A stretch of DNA of 33,429 nt from Octopus bimaculoides (taxonomy: Eukaryota), in the NCBI RefSeq assembly GCF_001194135.2, contig NC_068986.1:6360358-6393786 (forward strand), in the 5' to 3' direction. The notes below the pieces were generated by a model. It saw nothing but the letters and a program-made list of their open reading frames with translations, did not search any database and was not told the origin of the DNA. Both the position numbers and the translations under genes were made by a program. Positions 1 through 12,759 of this stretch are shown here, piece after piece (the first letter of the stretch is position 1; every line of letters begins with the position of its first letter).

Positions 1-40
1 TATATATATTTATATATGTATATGTATGTGTATACATATA

Positions 41-85
<45 letters not shown>

Positions 86-209
86 GTGTATATGTATGTA
101 CATATGTCTATTTACGTATGTATGTGTGTATGTATATTTCAATGTACATGCATATATATATGTATATACACCCACACACATATACATATGTTGTCATCAT
201 TGTCATTGT

Positions 210-264
<55 letters not shown>

Positions 265-312
265 GCACATACATGCATACACACAGTCTCATATACATAC
301 ATATACACATAT
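1..312. repeat. Compound (TA)n/(TATG)n/(CA)n microsatellite
   Basis: Low-complexity TA/TATG tract read directly; accounts for the Y/I/M/V-rich ORFs. Confidence 0.95.
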
Positions 313-1031
313 GAATATTAATTGTTTACATATAGTCTTTTGTTTTTCATGTATTCATATTCCTTCTGATATTGTTATTTTATTTTGTTATTTATGTTAT
401 TCTTTATGTATATTTATTTATCTATTTAGCCATACATTAATTCTTGTTTTTCTTTTCACTTTATTTTATTTCATTCTGTTACACTCACTGGAGCCAGTAT
501 TTAGATCTCTGATATTAAACTATTCTACGAAAATTCCTAAGGGATATCATTCCATTTTTTTCTTTTTTGTCCCTTGAAATAAAACATTTTCCACTTCCTT
601 TTAATTTTTGTTTTTTAAATGCTTAACAAATATATTCATAACATTCTTCATTCTATCATTATTTTCATGATAAATTCTGCTAAAATAACAATAAGACAAA
701 ACAAAAAGGCATAAATAAAAATGGAAATGTATAGAAATTCTTATTTTGTTTGCTTCTTTTATGTTTCTTCTTTTTATTTGCCACATTCAACCCCCTCATC
801 ACCCCACCACACACACACACATACAGGAAGTACTATTGTGTATAGGAGATGAGTACATACTAGTTTTGAAAGCATTAAATGTTTCAAGCAACATCTCTCT
901 CCAGGATAGAGTGTCAGTCTATCATAGATCTAGTCTACTGGACAACTGGAATTGGTTAGATGAGAGACAGTCAACATCTCTCACGTGCAGTTTCATTGTC
1001 AGCATTTATGTCATCGTCGTCGACGTCGTTG

Positions 1032-1032
<1 letters not shown>

Positions 1033-1065
<33 letters not shown>

Positions 1066-1250
1066 TATCATCATTTTTATGTTGTCTTTCCATTATGGTA
1101 TGGGCTGGAGATGAGTCATTATGGCTTGAATCAGTTTTTGTTTGGATTACTGCTCTCTCGGATGTGGTCAGGAACCAGATGGCATCAATTTTACTACTAG
1201 ATATCCTTCCAAACTCCAAACACTTTGCAGAGGGCACTGGTACTTTCATT
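1033..1250 (-). mobile_element. Degenerate 3' tail of an RTE-type LINE/SINE ending in (GAT)n
   Basis: (CAT)n tract followed by ttccattatggtatgggctgg...gatatccttccaaactccaaacactttgcagag. This resembles ctccatgc..gggttg..ggatgcctctcctgtcaccaacc at ~2850-2930. RTE assignment is recalled, not searched. Confidence 0.55.
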
Positions 1251-1520
1251 TGAGTTAAACAAATTTGTCCTTTACATAATGGCACCTAATTGCATTTTCT
1301 TTTCTTTTTTTGCAATTGTTTTGTCAGAAGGAAAAGAACAATAGCTCTGACAATTTTCAAGGTTACTAGGAATGGTGAGAGGAAGTCATCCTTACACCAC
1401 ACACATGGCTCAAATGCTTGCAATAGTGAACTCCACTGAAGGCTCCCACCTCTCAGGATCTGTTGGTGGTGTTAAACCAGACTATAATTTAATTCTACAC
1501 CCAAGAATAGGTATAGCCTT

Positions 1521-1665
1521 TTCGATGGGCTTCCACATATTTTTCACCTACCAAATCCCACTCACAAGGTATTCATTATCCAAAGGCTATTACAGAAGAC
1601 CCTTGTCCAAGGAGCAGTGCAGTGGGATTGAGTATAAAAGCTATGAATTGAAATTCTTAACAGAA
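1521..1665 (-). mobile_element. Degenerate SINE body (same family as 14183-14789 and 25600-25850)
   Basis: Minus strand ccttggacaagggtcttctgtaatagcc...ccttgtgagtgggatttggtagg...gaagccc matches the central domain of the other copies in the window. Confidence 0.65.
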
Positions 1666-1770
1666 TCATTCCTTCACATCCACATTAAAGAATGTTCTGG
1701 AGAAGAAATAATGAATGTTATGACTAGGAAACAGTATAGTGATGTCAAGGTTACCATTTTACAGTGATAA

Positions 1771-2247
1771 TGTCGATTGAATGACACTATAATTTAATGA
1801 GTATGAGAAAAAGAGGGATCGCTATCTTGTACGTAACAACAAGAAAATAGAAATTTGTGAGATGTTCGTAATAAGTCATAACATATTTATTACTAGAGGT
1901 AATGTGCTAATATATCAGGTTAATTGAAGGAAAGCTTGTAACATTAAATGAATATATTCTGTTTGCAATCACATGTCTCCAAGTAAGTGAGGCAAATGTG
2001 CGTATGAGCCGGTGTGTAAATGCGGCAGCGTGACCCAATGCATGTCGAAGAATCAACAGGCACTGAATGGCATGAATTTAGAAATTCCTTTCTTTATATA
2101 AGGGATGAACCGGAAGTCCCCAACTTCCACGTAAACTGGAAGCTTCCAGAATGTTTGAGAACTTTCTACAAGCTTGAGGGAGATTACTCTAGTTAAATCC
2201 CTCTTCTGTTTTTCTTCCTAACGTGACCGCCAGGGTTCACTACAACA
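1771..2247 (-). mobile_element. Putative solo-LTR-like element
   Basis: CpG-enriched block. The minus strand starts TGTTGTAG (2247), has TATATAAAG (2100-2092) and AATAAA (1891-1886), and could end in CA at 1771. No TSD found; boundaries uncertain. Confidence 0.3.
2092..2176 (-). promoter_or_regulatory. Heat-shock-element-like nGAAn/nTTCn array with adjacent TATA box
   Basis: GAAgcTTCcaGAAtgTTTgaGAActTTCtaCAAgcTTG at 2139-2176: 8 alternating pentamers in exact phase, 5 perfect. TATATAAAG on minus at 2100-2092. Confidence 0.45.
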
Positions 2248-2829
2248 TTTTCAAGTTCAAAGACACAGTCATTGATAAAGCTACAGTATTTATAATAATG
2301 ATTTGAAGACAGGCGTACTAAAACAGCTATCGGTTCACAATACTTTCACTGTTTACTGAGAATAGTATATATACTTCAAATCTTCAGCTGATTGGACAAT
2401 ATTTTATGGATTTAATTTGCTGGAACATGAACCAATATGAGAACCTTGGTGTAGTTGTACAACTTAATAGAGATAATTTCCAAATCTGCTAATGCACATC
2501 TTACTGTCTTATATGTAAATGAATATGCATGAGACAATGAGGGAGACTACTATATTGTCATATTCTTTTTAAAGGCTTAAAGGAAGGATTGCACCTATGA
2601 CATCTTGCAGGCTTCCAGCATTAGTAGGAGGAAGTTATTCTCAGATGGGAGACTTCTTCTGAATGCTTGTAGCACAGTGGGCTCTACTAAAGGTAACTAA
2701 GGTGCTTAGTGGTGGTGATAAACCAAATGAAAGATAAGTCTATCGATAATTAATTCTATCACTAGATAATTAAGTTTACCATCCAAGATTACTCAAGTCT
2801 ATCGCCCAATAATTAAGTCTACTGCCCAT

Positions 2830-3238
2830 CAATCGTTTTCAACAAACACTTCTCCATGCTTACAAGGGTTGCATGGAATTTGTTGAAATAAATTTTTCTT
2901 CAGCTGGATGCCTCTCCTGTCACCAACCTCCACCTGTTTCCAAGTTATGTAATCTCTTCCCATGACCAAACATGTTTCCTTGGAAGATGGCATGTTAAGG
3001 ACACCGCTTGCATCATAGTAACACTTGTTTACATCTATGACACGATGTCAAGGCAAAGCAATAATTATATACATGTATACAACAAGCTTTTTTCAGTTTC
3101 TGCCTACTAAATCTATTCACAAGGCTTTGATTGACCCTGGGCTTGAGTAGAAGACATTTTCCCAAGGTGCCATGCAGTAAGACTGAACCCTAAACCATGT
3201 GGTTGAGAAAGAAACATTTTACCACATAGCTGTATCTA
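2830..3238 (-). mobile_element. tRNA-derived SINE with RTE-like 3' tail
   Basis: Minus strand reads ggtaaaatgtttc...ccacatggtttagggttcagtc...gcaccttgggaaaatgtcttctac (B-box-like head and central domain), followed by the tail. Confidence 0.7.
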
Positions 3239-3515
3239 CTCTTATAATTTAATAAGCACACCACGTTTAGAATTTATTATAACATGAAGTTAGTTAAAAC
3301 AGGAAATGGATATTTCGTTTTGATGGAGAATATTCTATTTGCATGATCAATGAAACTGAATTAAAGGGTAAGTAGCTAAGTATTCCATAGACATTGGTTC
3401 CCTTTTTTAATAACTCTTAGGAAAAATCAATGAAACACAATATGTGATAAAGGTTAAGGGTGTTTTCCTTTCAATTACAGGTACCAACCAACCAACCAAC
3501 CAACCAACTAGTTGA

Positions 3516-3745
3516 GGAATGTGGCTCAGTGGTTAGGGTGTTGGACTCATGATTGTAAGATTGTGGTTTTGATTCCTGGATCAGGTGACACATTGTGTTC
3601 TTAAGCAAAGCACTTCATTTCATGTTGCATCAGTCCATTCAGCAGGCAAAAAGGAGTAATCCTGTCCAGGTGGAGAATTTATACACCATGGAAATTGGGA
3701 AACCAGCCCTAATGAATGAGTTGGCATGACTTGAGAAGATAACTT
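3516..3745 (+). mobile_element. tRNA-derived SINE
   Basis: A box tggctcagtggttagg, B-box-like ggttttgattcc, then tgtgttcttaagcaaagcacttcatttc. Related copies at 32295 (+) and 31690-31898 (-). Confidence 0.75.
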
Positions 3746-4371
3746 TACAGGCCAACTAACAACCTTCTGCACAGCTTATAACCCAAAAGACTTGGGTTGA
3801 TCTGAGTTGATGGTAAAATACACCTGCCAAAGCTGCCAGTGGTGGGACCAGAATTGGGGCATCATCATTGTAAACAGAACAAACATTGCTATACTGAGAC
3901 TAAAACAACAACAGAAATAAAAAAAAACAGCAACCAGTAATATACTGAAGTCAATCTAATGAGATAATAATTCTTTCACTAAAATGTTGGCTATGTACTC
4001 AATGAGAAGAAAGCAATACTACCATTTTCCATGATGGGGGTGAGAGCTGAACAGAAATGATAAGCACCCAGCCAGCAAATTTAGTCAAGACTCTAGATTT
4101 TATTCCTACTTGCAGTTATTTCATATTATTTAAGTCATTAATGCCTCTGAACAAATGATGTAAATGTAATATAATTTTGTTTCTGTTGCACTAAAAAATA
4201 AAAAATCTAATGCGCACATGAAGCTAATAGCATCATATCCCTGACTAGCCACACACACAGTGTTGAAACCAGTTTCATATTTCATATGATCTGAATTGCA
4301 ATACGTCTTGCATATTTATATGTGGACATAGATGTGTGTGTGCATTTGTATTTACACACATATTTATATGC

Positions 4372-4438
4372 ATGTATGTATGTATGTATGTATGTATGTA
4401 TGTATGTATGTATGTATGTATGTATGTATGTATGTATG
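4372..4438. repeat. (ATGT)n microsatellite
   Basis: Direct tandem tetranucleotide tract. Confidence 0.95.
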
Positions 4439-5100
4439 ATATTATTCAGTTTTATATCAAGATTTCTTGTCGATAGAGAAAGAGTCAGCCTCTAACCTAA
4501 ATCTAAGGCTCCTTCAATAGAATTTCAACCTCAACAGGGTATTTTTGCATGTTTGTGTGTATGGGTGCTGTGTTTGGAGTCAGTGCATGTGCAGATTTGT
4601 ATGTTTTGTTTTATGCAGACATTCTCATGCATATAGTTGCATATCTAAACATGCACATATATATATTTAAGTACTAAACTTCCGGAAAGTTTTTACTGTT
4701 CAATTGATGACTTAAATCTGTAATCTTCTAATTGACTTTTTTCTTTCTGGTTTTGAGAAGCTGAATTCCTCAAGATCGGTGCTTTAGTACAAAGTCAAGG
4801 ATATGCAACTAAAACACCCTGAAGATGGAGGTCAGATCCATCTAATGTTTAAATGATTTTACTTCTGGTTGCATATCCTTGACCTTGTGTGAACTACATC
4901 TGCTAACATTATGAGGTAATTTCAAACCTCCAGAAATAGCTGTCAGACCTGAAACACCAAACCTTCTCTCTTTAATTTTCTGTCTTTATGCTCTGTTTAA
5001 TTTGTTTTCTTAATATATAAATATCTATATATTTATAAATGAATATTCACCATCCGAATATTTCCAGTCTTTGTTTTCTCTCTATTTATATATTTACATG

Positions 5101-5270
5101 TATATATATATGCATATTTTGTATATCTTGCTCAAGTGGTTTTATTTGTTTATTTGCATCATTATCTCCATGTAGATGAGTATGTATAAGTATGAATGTG
5201 TGTATATATATATGCATATTTTGTATATCTTGCTCAAGTGGTTTTATTTGTTTATTTGCATCATTATCTC
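5101..5270. repeat. 68-bp direct duplication (period 102) abutting an assembly gap
   Basis: 5101-5168 is identical to 5203-5270; the N-run starts at 5271. Confidence 0.85.
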
Positions 5271-5591
5271 NNNNNNNNNNNNNNNNNNNNNNNNNNNNNN
5301 NNNNNNNNNNNNNNNNNNNNNNNNNNNNNNNNNNNNNNNNNNNNNNNNNNNNNNNNNNNNNNNNNNNNNNNNNNNNNNNNNNNNNNNNNNNNNNNNNNNN
5401 NNNNNNNNNNNNNNNNNNNNNNNNNNNNNNNNNNNNNNNNNNNNNNNNNNNNNNNNNNNNNNNNNNNNNNNNNNNNNNNNNNNNNNNNNNNNNNNNNNNN
5501 NNNNNNNNNNNNNNNNNNNNNNNNNNNNNNNNNNNNNNNNNNNNNNNNNNNNNNNNNNNNNNNNNNNNNNNNNNNNNNNNNNNNNNNNNNN

Positions 5592-5757
5592 GAAGCAGAC
5601 AGAAATTACGCACAATCAAACACATAAAAACTAGTGCACATTTACTTATCTTTACATATGAATATATATATATATATATATATATATTCATATGTAAAGA
5701 TAAGTAAATGTGCACTAGTTTTTATGTGTTTGATTGTGCGTAATTTCTGTCTGCTTC
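5592..5757. repeat. Perfect 166-bp palindrome centred on (TA)n, starting at a gap edge
   Basis: gaagcagacagaaatt...ttcatatg...aatttctgtctgcttc; arms are exact reverse complements about 5674/5675. Confidence 0.9.
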
Positions 5758-6414
5758 ACTGTTATATAACAGTGCACAATGAGCCACAATCTAAAATGCC
5801 TGTCTGACTATGAAGGTCACCATACCACAGACTATATAAACATATGTAGCACCAGCAATAGCTTATGAAGACTTACAAATACTCAAGATGGTGGATCAGT
5901 GCACTGTAAGTCCATTGAGAGAGAGGTAGACTTGGTGGCACAACCTGGTTTCTGTGCAAATGATATTTGTAAGGAAGGTAAAGCTAGCTTTTCAACTTCT
6001 ATTATCAGTCAGCAAGGTAAATCTCACTGAACTAAAATTCACTCACTAGATGTCAATAAGAACCAGAGCAGAATGGAAATATCTGAATTGATTTTGAAAA
6101 TGAGCAAGGGTTCATTCAAAAACATTCATTAAACAACTTGGGTTACAATATTTAGCCCAACAATTGTCAATGAGAAACAAAGTTCCAGATTATAAGCCCA
6201 TTCCTACAATGATTTTTGCTAGAACAAACTTGTGTAAATGTAGTTTTTGTTCAAAATTACACCAATATTCAATTACATATCCAGCAATATCTGGTTATTG
6301 TTTAAATTGTATGTGGCTTAACACAAATAAATAAATAACCAACTTTGGGTTTTTTTGTTTTTTACATTATTTCATAAACATTATATTAGCCCAATGTGAT
6401 GATGCATCATAACC

Positions 6415-6570
6415 AAATAGTTAAGAAGTTTGCTTTGCAATCAAGAAGTGATGGATTTGATTCCATTGTTTGATACTTTGGATAAGTGTCTTAACCATAG
6501 CTCCATAATCTCGAATTTATCAATACCTTATAAGTGAAATTAAATAGATGGAAACTACTAGGAAGCACTT
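6415..6570 (+). mobile_element. Degenerate tRNA-derived SINE
   Basis: gttaagaagtttgctttgcaatc...gatttgattcc...ttggataagtgtctt...gtgaaattaaatagatggaaact, same family as 14183. Confidence 0.55.
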
Positions 6571-8288
6571 CCAATATATTGCACTTGTAACTTTAAGATC
6601 CAGCCATGTAACACACTAGATACACTGATTCTGAATGAGAATTTCACCAAAGATTTCAGTTGATCAAACAACAGAAGAATACTCTTTGATGAAATTGGCA
6701 GAAATCTATTAGTATTATGCCAGTACTTCTCTCAACTTATTCTTGTAAAGTATATTTGATCAGTCTAAAATTAAAACATTTCATACTCTGGGCATTGTTT
6801 TTAAAGCTATAGACCCCTCAACCATAAAGTGTAAGTGCAATTTGTGTTCCATCAGTAAAGTAAAATGAAGCAAGGAAACGTAAATTATCAAAAGTATCTT
6901 AAATAATTACTATGCAAAGAAATATAATTGTCTGTCCGAAGTTTAGATTGTGGATGTGCCTAAAAGCAATAAACAGCTGTAGCCTATCTTTTTATTATTT
7001 AGGGTGGTGAACTGTCAGGCATCAATGTCTTACACTATCCAGTTTTGTTTTCTCTATGCTCTGAAAGCAGCTCCTGCTAAAGAATACTTTACCTTTCATC
7101 CTTCTATGCATGTTTTTACACAAAACTGAGTTTAAATGTTGAGGAGATTTATTAGCTTAATTTTTTCCCTTCTGTTCACATAATTAAAATGACACTAAAA
7201 AGTTAGATATGACCTGGTTCACTGAAAGCCATAATTCTGAGGTTTCTGAAGTGTAAGTTTTCTGGACGTAACCTGCTTTTATTGTATCCTAGCATCCCAA
7301 GGAGAACACACTGAAATAGTTTCTCCATTGCTTTCTCCATGAAGATAACAAGATGGCAGGAAGACAGAAGATGGCCAAGAATTGTCTGAGACAGTTGTTC
7401 ATCAGAATTGTTCGCCAGAATTGTTCGTCATCTGGAAATCACCCCATGATTGCCTTTCTTTAATCATGATTAAAACCAGGATGTAGGATAGTGCTGCCAT
7501 TGCTATAGAGAAATTTAGAATGCTGAGATGGAATGGAATATGCAACATATTCATCATCATAACCAATGTAAATATAAGCTGTAGTAAATAGATGAGGAAG
7601 TAGAGGGAGAAGCATAAATTAAGGCATTCATGATTTCCCAAAATATATTAGCGATGTACTATAAAAATTCATATATAATCTATCCTTCTTCACCAAAATC
7701 AAGATTAAATTTAGTGTATGTATAATACATGATATTAGGCTATAAATTTGCATTTTACTCCTTCCATGTGTTTTGCAAGTAATAAAGATAAAATAATGTA
7801 ATTTAGTTTTATTATATTTTTAGATTATTTTATAATATATATCAGTGTATTTTATATAAAACAAAATATTAAAAGCTACTGTATTTGATGGCATAAAAGA
7901 CACATGGGCATATTAGACAAACTTCAATTTCAGCAGTGAATATTCAGGAAAAATAAGTTTTTATGTATCAAAGCAGGCAATATTTAAAGCAAATTTGCAT
8001 ATTGGATCCAGGGTGATTTTTGAAACATGTCTTTTGGAAGAAAGCGAATTTTGTATGCCATCTAATACTGTAATCTATTGGATTATGATAGATTGTCAAT
8101 TCTTGTAGGAGTTGTGTAACACTGTGTGTTATAAATAGTATTATAATGTTTGGGTTTTTTTGTTTAGGACTCTGAATTGAGCTGTGTAATATATGTGATG
8201 GTGTGTTATACATGATGAAGTTTTATACATAGTAGCATATTATACACGATAGCATATATTACATGGTAATATATTATGAAAGGACAAG

Positions 8289-8476
8289 ATGGCAAGCTGG
8301 CAGAATCGTTAGCATGCTGGGCAGAATCCTTAGCAGCATTTTGTCTTTCTTTACATTCTGAGTTCAAATTCCACTGAGTTCCACTTTGCCTTTCATCCAT
8401 TCAGGGTTGATAAAATAAGTACCAGTTGATAAGTGCCTTCCCCAAACTTACTGGCCTTGTTCCAAAATTCAAAACC
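8289..8476 (+). mobile_element. SINE (ctggcagaatcgttagc family)
   Basis: gctggcagaatcgttagcatgctgggc...ctgagttcaaattcc...ctttgcctttcatcc...gataaaataagtaccag. Copies at 14791-15003 (-), 15068-15214 and 31103-31270. Confidence 0.8.
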
Positions 8477-9269
8477 AATATATTATGCAAGGACATTTAT
8501 GTTAGGTGAAATTAGACAAACATAGTTGCTAATAAAACCTGGCCCATGATACTTATTCTCTGGGATCTTGTCCTCCTTTTAGACTCCATCTACCAGCTTT
8601 ACTAAAATATAGACGACTTTATACGAGAACCTCTATGTGATTACTGGACCTACACAAAATAATGACTTGATCTCCTTGTATCACAGTCTGTCATTGTCAG
8701 AAAAGTGCACACTAGATAGGGCAACCTGGGTTGTACTTTAATAAAGATAGGACGTCTATGGCTGGAGTACCATTAAGTTTGCCTTGGAACCAAACAACAA
8801 CAGGAACAACAAAAGTATTGATAGACTTTCTGAAGGCACGATATAAACATTTATAAATTGGGGTGAGTGTATATATTCAACTGAATCAATCCTAATTTAT
8901 TCAGTATATAGATAATTGTTTTAATGACTGTAGAGGATGTATATTGAAATGAATAATATAATTAAAATATTATAATTAGTATAGTGTAATTATGAGAGTT
9001 GTACTGAAAGTCATGCAAATGTAGGTATAGCTTTTTTTATTAACTGACATAGGTTGTTCCAGCTGCACATGTTAACAGTGTAACGCTTCCTTTATAGTAA
9101 CACATCTTTCCTGTTCTTCATTGCAGGGTTTATGTGGAAATAACATATTGTAATTGAGTTTTTAATGAAGCAGAAGAGTGGGTTGTCCAACATTCAAAGA
9201 AAGCAATGGATTATTTACAGAGATGATATTCTTGACAAGAGCAATGTACACAACTCATCTCCTGAAACT

Positions 9270-9481
9270 ACAAAAAGAACTAATAGGGGAACCTCTATGC
9301 ACCAGAAGTAACAGCTAAACCTTCCTCGACTTTCACTGTTGACTTAAAAAAACAAAGAGCACATTGGATAATTTAATCCTAGATACACTATATTTAAAAA
9401 GAAAAATAGATGGAATAGTCATGGCTGTAAGGTTTTTAATCATAGGTCTATTTGGTCAAGGTTGCCCTAAGGTTAAACAGC

Positions 9482-9521
<40 letters not shown>

Positions 9522-9534
9522 GCAACAACAACAA
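9270..9534 (+). mobile_element. Retroposon 3' end with (CAA)n tail
   Basis: gatacactata...gatggaatagtcatggctg...gttaaacagcaacaacaac. The same module recurs in tandem at 23080-23446. Confidence 0.6.
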
Positions 9535-12086
9535 TAATATGAACTAAAATAGAACCTATAGTTGAATCACAGTGTATTATCTGTAGACACATCCACAAAC
9601 TGAACTTCTGACTAGTAATTATATACTTTCTTAGCCTTGAGTTATTATCTAAAATACTTTAGACAAGATCCATCTTTCCCATTGTGTCAGCTCCAGTAAT
9701 GTCAGATAAAAGAAACAAATAACAAAAAAAAACCTTCCCTAGAGGTAATCTCTATTCTCTGGTTTCATCACTCAAAAATCTGACATCTGTCATCACAAAT
9801 GCCTCTTCCCTGAAACAGGATAGAGAAAGCACTGGAAGGAAATGAAAAAAGAAAAAAAAAGAATATAATATTACTGAGAAATAGAATCTTTTATTTCACA
9901 AATGGGTAGGGTACAAACTCTGGTATATGCAAATAAATGTTCAATTACTAATGAAATATTTTCATTGCATACCAAACATAGCACATTTTCAGGTTCAACT
10001 TCAGGAAAAGCAAACCAAATGTTAGTCTTTCTGCCTGACTCTAAGTGTATTTATTTATGCATATATATATACAAATTTTGCTTTTATTTATAACCAATTT
10101 TCTAAGCTAACTGTGAGTGGTACAGCCTTATAAATTAATGCAATTCTGTATCATAATGTTGACACAGTCACTTTCAACAGTTAACTATTCAGCTATAAAG
10201 TCTGACAGACTATGGCAAGAGTATTTGATACCAATGGCTATATTAAATTTGTACTACCATATTTGATGTAGTGGGAAAACATTAGCTTAATGAATAATTT
10301 TGGTAAGCAGAAGAGGCAACCCCAGACATGTTCCAATCTTATTATACCTCTTCAGTGAAGCACAGACTAGGCAAATGTACCTTTGTCTCAGAATACAAGG
10401 CTTAGTGTTTAGTGTGTTTGGCTCTTTGTCATAAGGTTATGAATTCAATTCCTAGACTGGGTGATACCTTATGTCCTTGATAAATGCATGCTGTTTTTAC
10501 CCTGCTTCGGCCTACTTAGCCATTATGAGTACCAGTCAGATATTGGTGAAGCTCTCAATGTTCCACTTGGTCAAAAGAGGAAAGGCTGGAAGGGTTTGTA
10601 TGACCACTTGTAACGATGCAGGCACTGAAAACAATTAGGTCAAGTGTTAACATGTTACAGATTCATACTCATGAATGATAGCTGGCTGTACTGTAATTTC
10701 ATTCCACAACCATTGATACTTGTGGGGGAAACTTTAATGATGTTCTTTTTTTAATCAATAAGGAAATAAATTAATAGATGTCATAAATATAAGAATTATA
10801 AGACTAATGATTTAAAAATGTATTGAATTATTTATACCTTTGTTTGCTCTGATTCTTGCAATATTTTGATTATGATATTTGATGGTATATAAGATGCACT
10901 TTCTTCCCAAAATAGGCCTAAAAAATCACTCAAGGACCTATATGAGAAGTTAGGTCTCCTGTAAGTTTTAATGACCTAAAAACTTTTTTTTCCAGAATAT
11001 GCACTGCTGCAATTAAGATGCATCTAATATTCCTGTCATCGTTTATTCCATCAAATACAATAGTTCATTCTTAAATATGCATCCTACCACCATATCAGTT
11101 ACTAAGCATATAAATGATTGCTTGAAATGATAGAAATTGTTGTCAAATCGTTCTCACACCTAATTCTACCACCTAAATGTTGGCACTCTGCCGCTTACAA
11201 CATCGAGGGTTCCAGTTGATCCGATCAACGGAACAGCCTGCTCNNNNNNNNNNNNNNNNNNNNNNNNNNNNNNNNNNNNNNNNNNNNNNNNNNNNNNNNN
11301 NNNNNNNNNNNNNNNNNNNNNNNNNNNNNNNNNNNNNNNNNNNNNNNNNNNNNNNNNNNNNNNNNNNNNNNNNNNNNNNNNNNNNNNNNNNNNNNNNNNN
11401 NNNNNNNNNNNNNNNNNNNNNNNNNNNNNNNNNNNNNNNNNNNNNNNNNNNNNNNNNNNNNNNNNNNNNNNNNNNNNNNNNNNNNNNNNNNNNNNNNNNN
11501 NNNNNNNNNNNNNNNNNNNNNNNNNNNNNNNNNNNNNNNNNNNNNNNNNNNNNNNNNNNNNNNNNNNNNNNNNNNNNNNNNNNNNNNNNNNNNNNNNNNN
11601 NNNNNNNNNNNNNNNNNNNNNNNNNNNNNNNNNNNNNNNNNNNNNNNNNNNNNNNNNNNNNNNNNNNNNNNNNNNNNNNNNNNNNNNNNNNNNNNNNNNN
11701 NNNNNNNNNNNNNNNNNNNNNNNNNNNNNNNNNNNNNNNNNNNNNNNNNNNNNNNNNNNNNNNNNNNNNNNNNNNNNNNNNNNNNNNNNNNNNNNNNNNN
11801 NNNNNNNNNNNNNNNNNNNNNNNNNNNNNNNNNNNNNNNNNNNNNNNNNNNNNNNNNNNNNNNNNNNNNNNNNNNNNNNNNNNNNNNNNNNNNNNNNNNN
11901 NNNNNNNNNNNNNNNNNNNNNNNNNNNNNNNNNNNNNNNNNNNNNNNNNNNNNNNNNNNNNNNNNNNNNNNNNNNNNNNNNNNNNNNNNNNNNNNNNNNN
12001 NNNNNNNNNNNNNNNNNNNNNNNNNNNNNNNNNNNCCTAATACAAGCATATCTACGCTATATAAATATTTGTGCAACATGACCCAG

Positions 12087-12747
12087 ATTAGACCCATCGT
12101 CTCCAGCGTAGAAGGACCTCTATTTAAAATATCCTGGTTACTTTCTCACATCCTGAACCCATACTCTCCACCTTTCCGGGACACGTCAAGAACTCCGATG
12201 AAGTCATTAAAAGACTACACCAATTACCCCTAGACCAACTCAGGCAAAACAGATACGCGTTTAGTCTTGACGTTGTCTCAATGTACACAACGGTACCAGC
12301 ACACTCAGCGGTCAACCTATTGACTGACTGCATAATAACGTGCAACACCCAATGCTTCGGACTTACCGCAACTGATATCCACCAACTTTTGTCCATCATC
12401 GTGGACAACACCTACTTCGCTTTCCAAGACCACATATACAAACAGACAACAGGTCTCCCCATGGGATCCAGTCTCTCGGGCCTACTAGCCATCACATATA
12501 TGAACCATCTGGAACGTCGAGCACTCAACATCTGCCGCTCATGCGCCTTCTTCACCAGGTACGTAGATGACATCCTCATAATCACATCCTCCTGTGAAGA
12601 GGCTGATACAATATTCACGACGTTCAATAACATGGACATGAACATAAAGTTCACTATAGAATATCCTGACATCACTGGATCACTATCATTACTTGATTTC
12701 AAATTGAATATAACAGAAGAAGGGGAGATCCACACCGAGTTCTACAG
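12087..12747 (+). pseudogene. Penelope-like reverse transcriptase (one frameshift at ~12162)
   Basis: IRPIVS...SLDVVSMYTTVP...YKQTTGLPMGSSLSGLLA...RYVDDI...IKFTIE...LSLLDF; all PLE RT motifs in order. Confidence 0.9.
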
Positions 12748-12759
12748 NNNNNNNNNNAA

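Noticed and set aside
16-577. Several Y/I/M/V/C-rich ORFs (also at 18940, 19036, 22558, 24883-25411, 27022-27692)
   Set aside because: Translations of microsatellites and SINEs.
971-1285. Minus-strand Asp-rich 104-aa ORF with a GTGAGA donor-like site
   Set aside because: The poly-Asp comes from the (GAT)n tail of a retroposon whose 3' end underlies most of the ORF; the acceptor context is purine-rich.
1372-1767. 131-aa plus-strand ORF
   Set aside because: Its centre is the antisense of a degenerate SINE (1521-1665); no recognisable protein motif.
4819-4845. CTGAAGA followed by a hairpin, as a possible hammerhead
   Set aside because: No GAAA after helix II and no helix I/III pairing.
5086-5715. 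Long ORFs containing X runs (also 11177-12097, 13227-13488, 18210-18449, 19019-19741, 20805-21416)
   Set aside because: They are open only because they cross N gaps.
9105-9150. Strong splice acceptor tctttcctgttcttcattgcag|G
   Set aside because: All three frames stop within 30 nt and no good donor follows; no exon can be supported.
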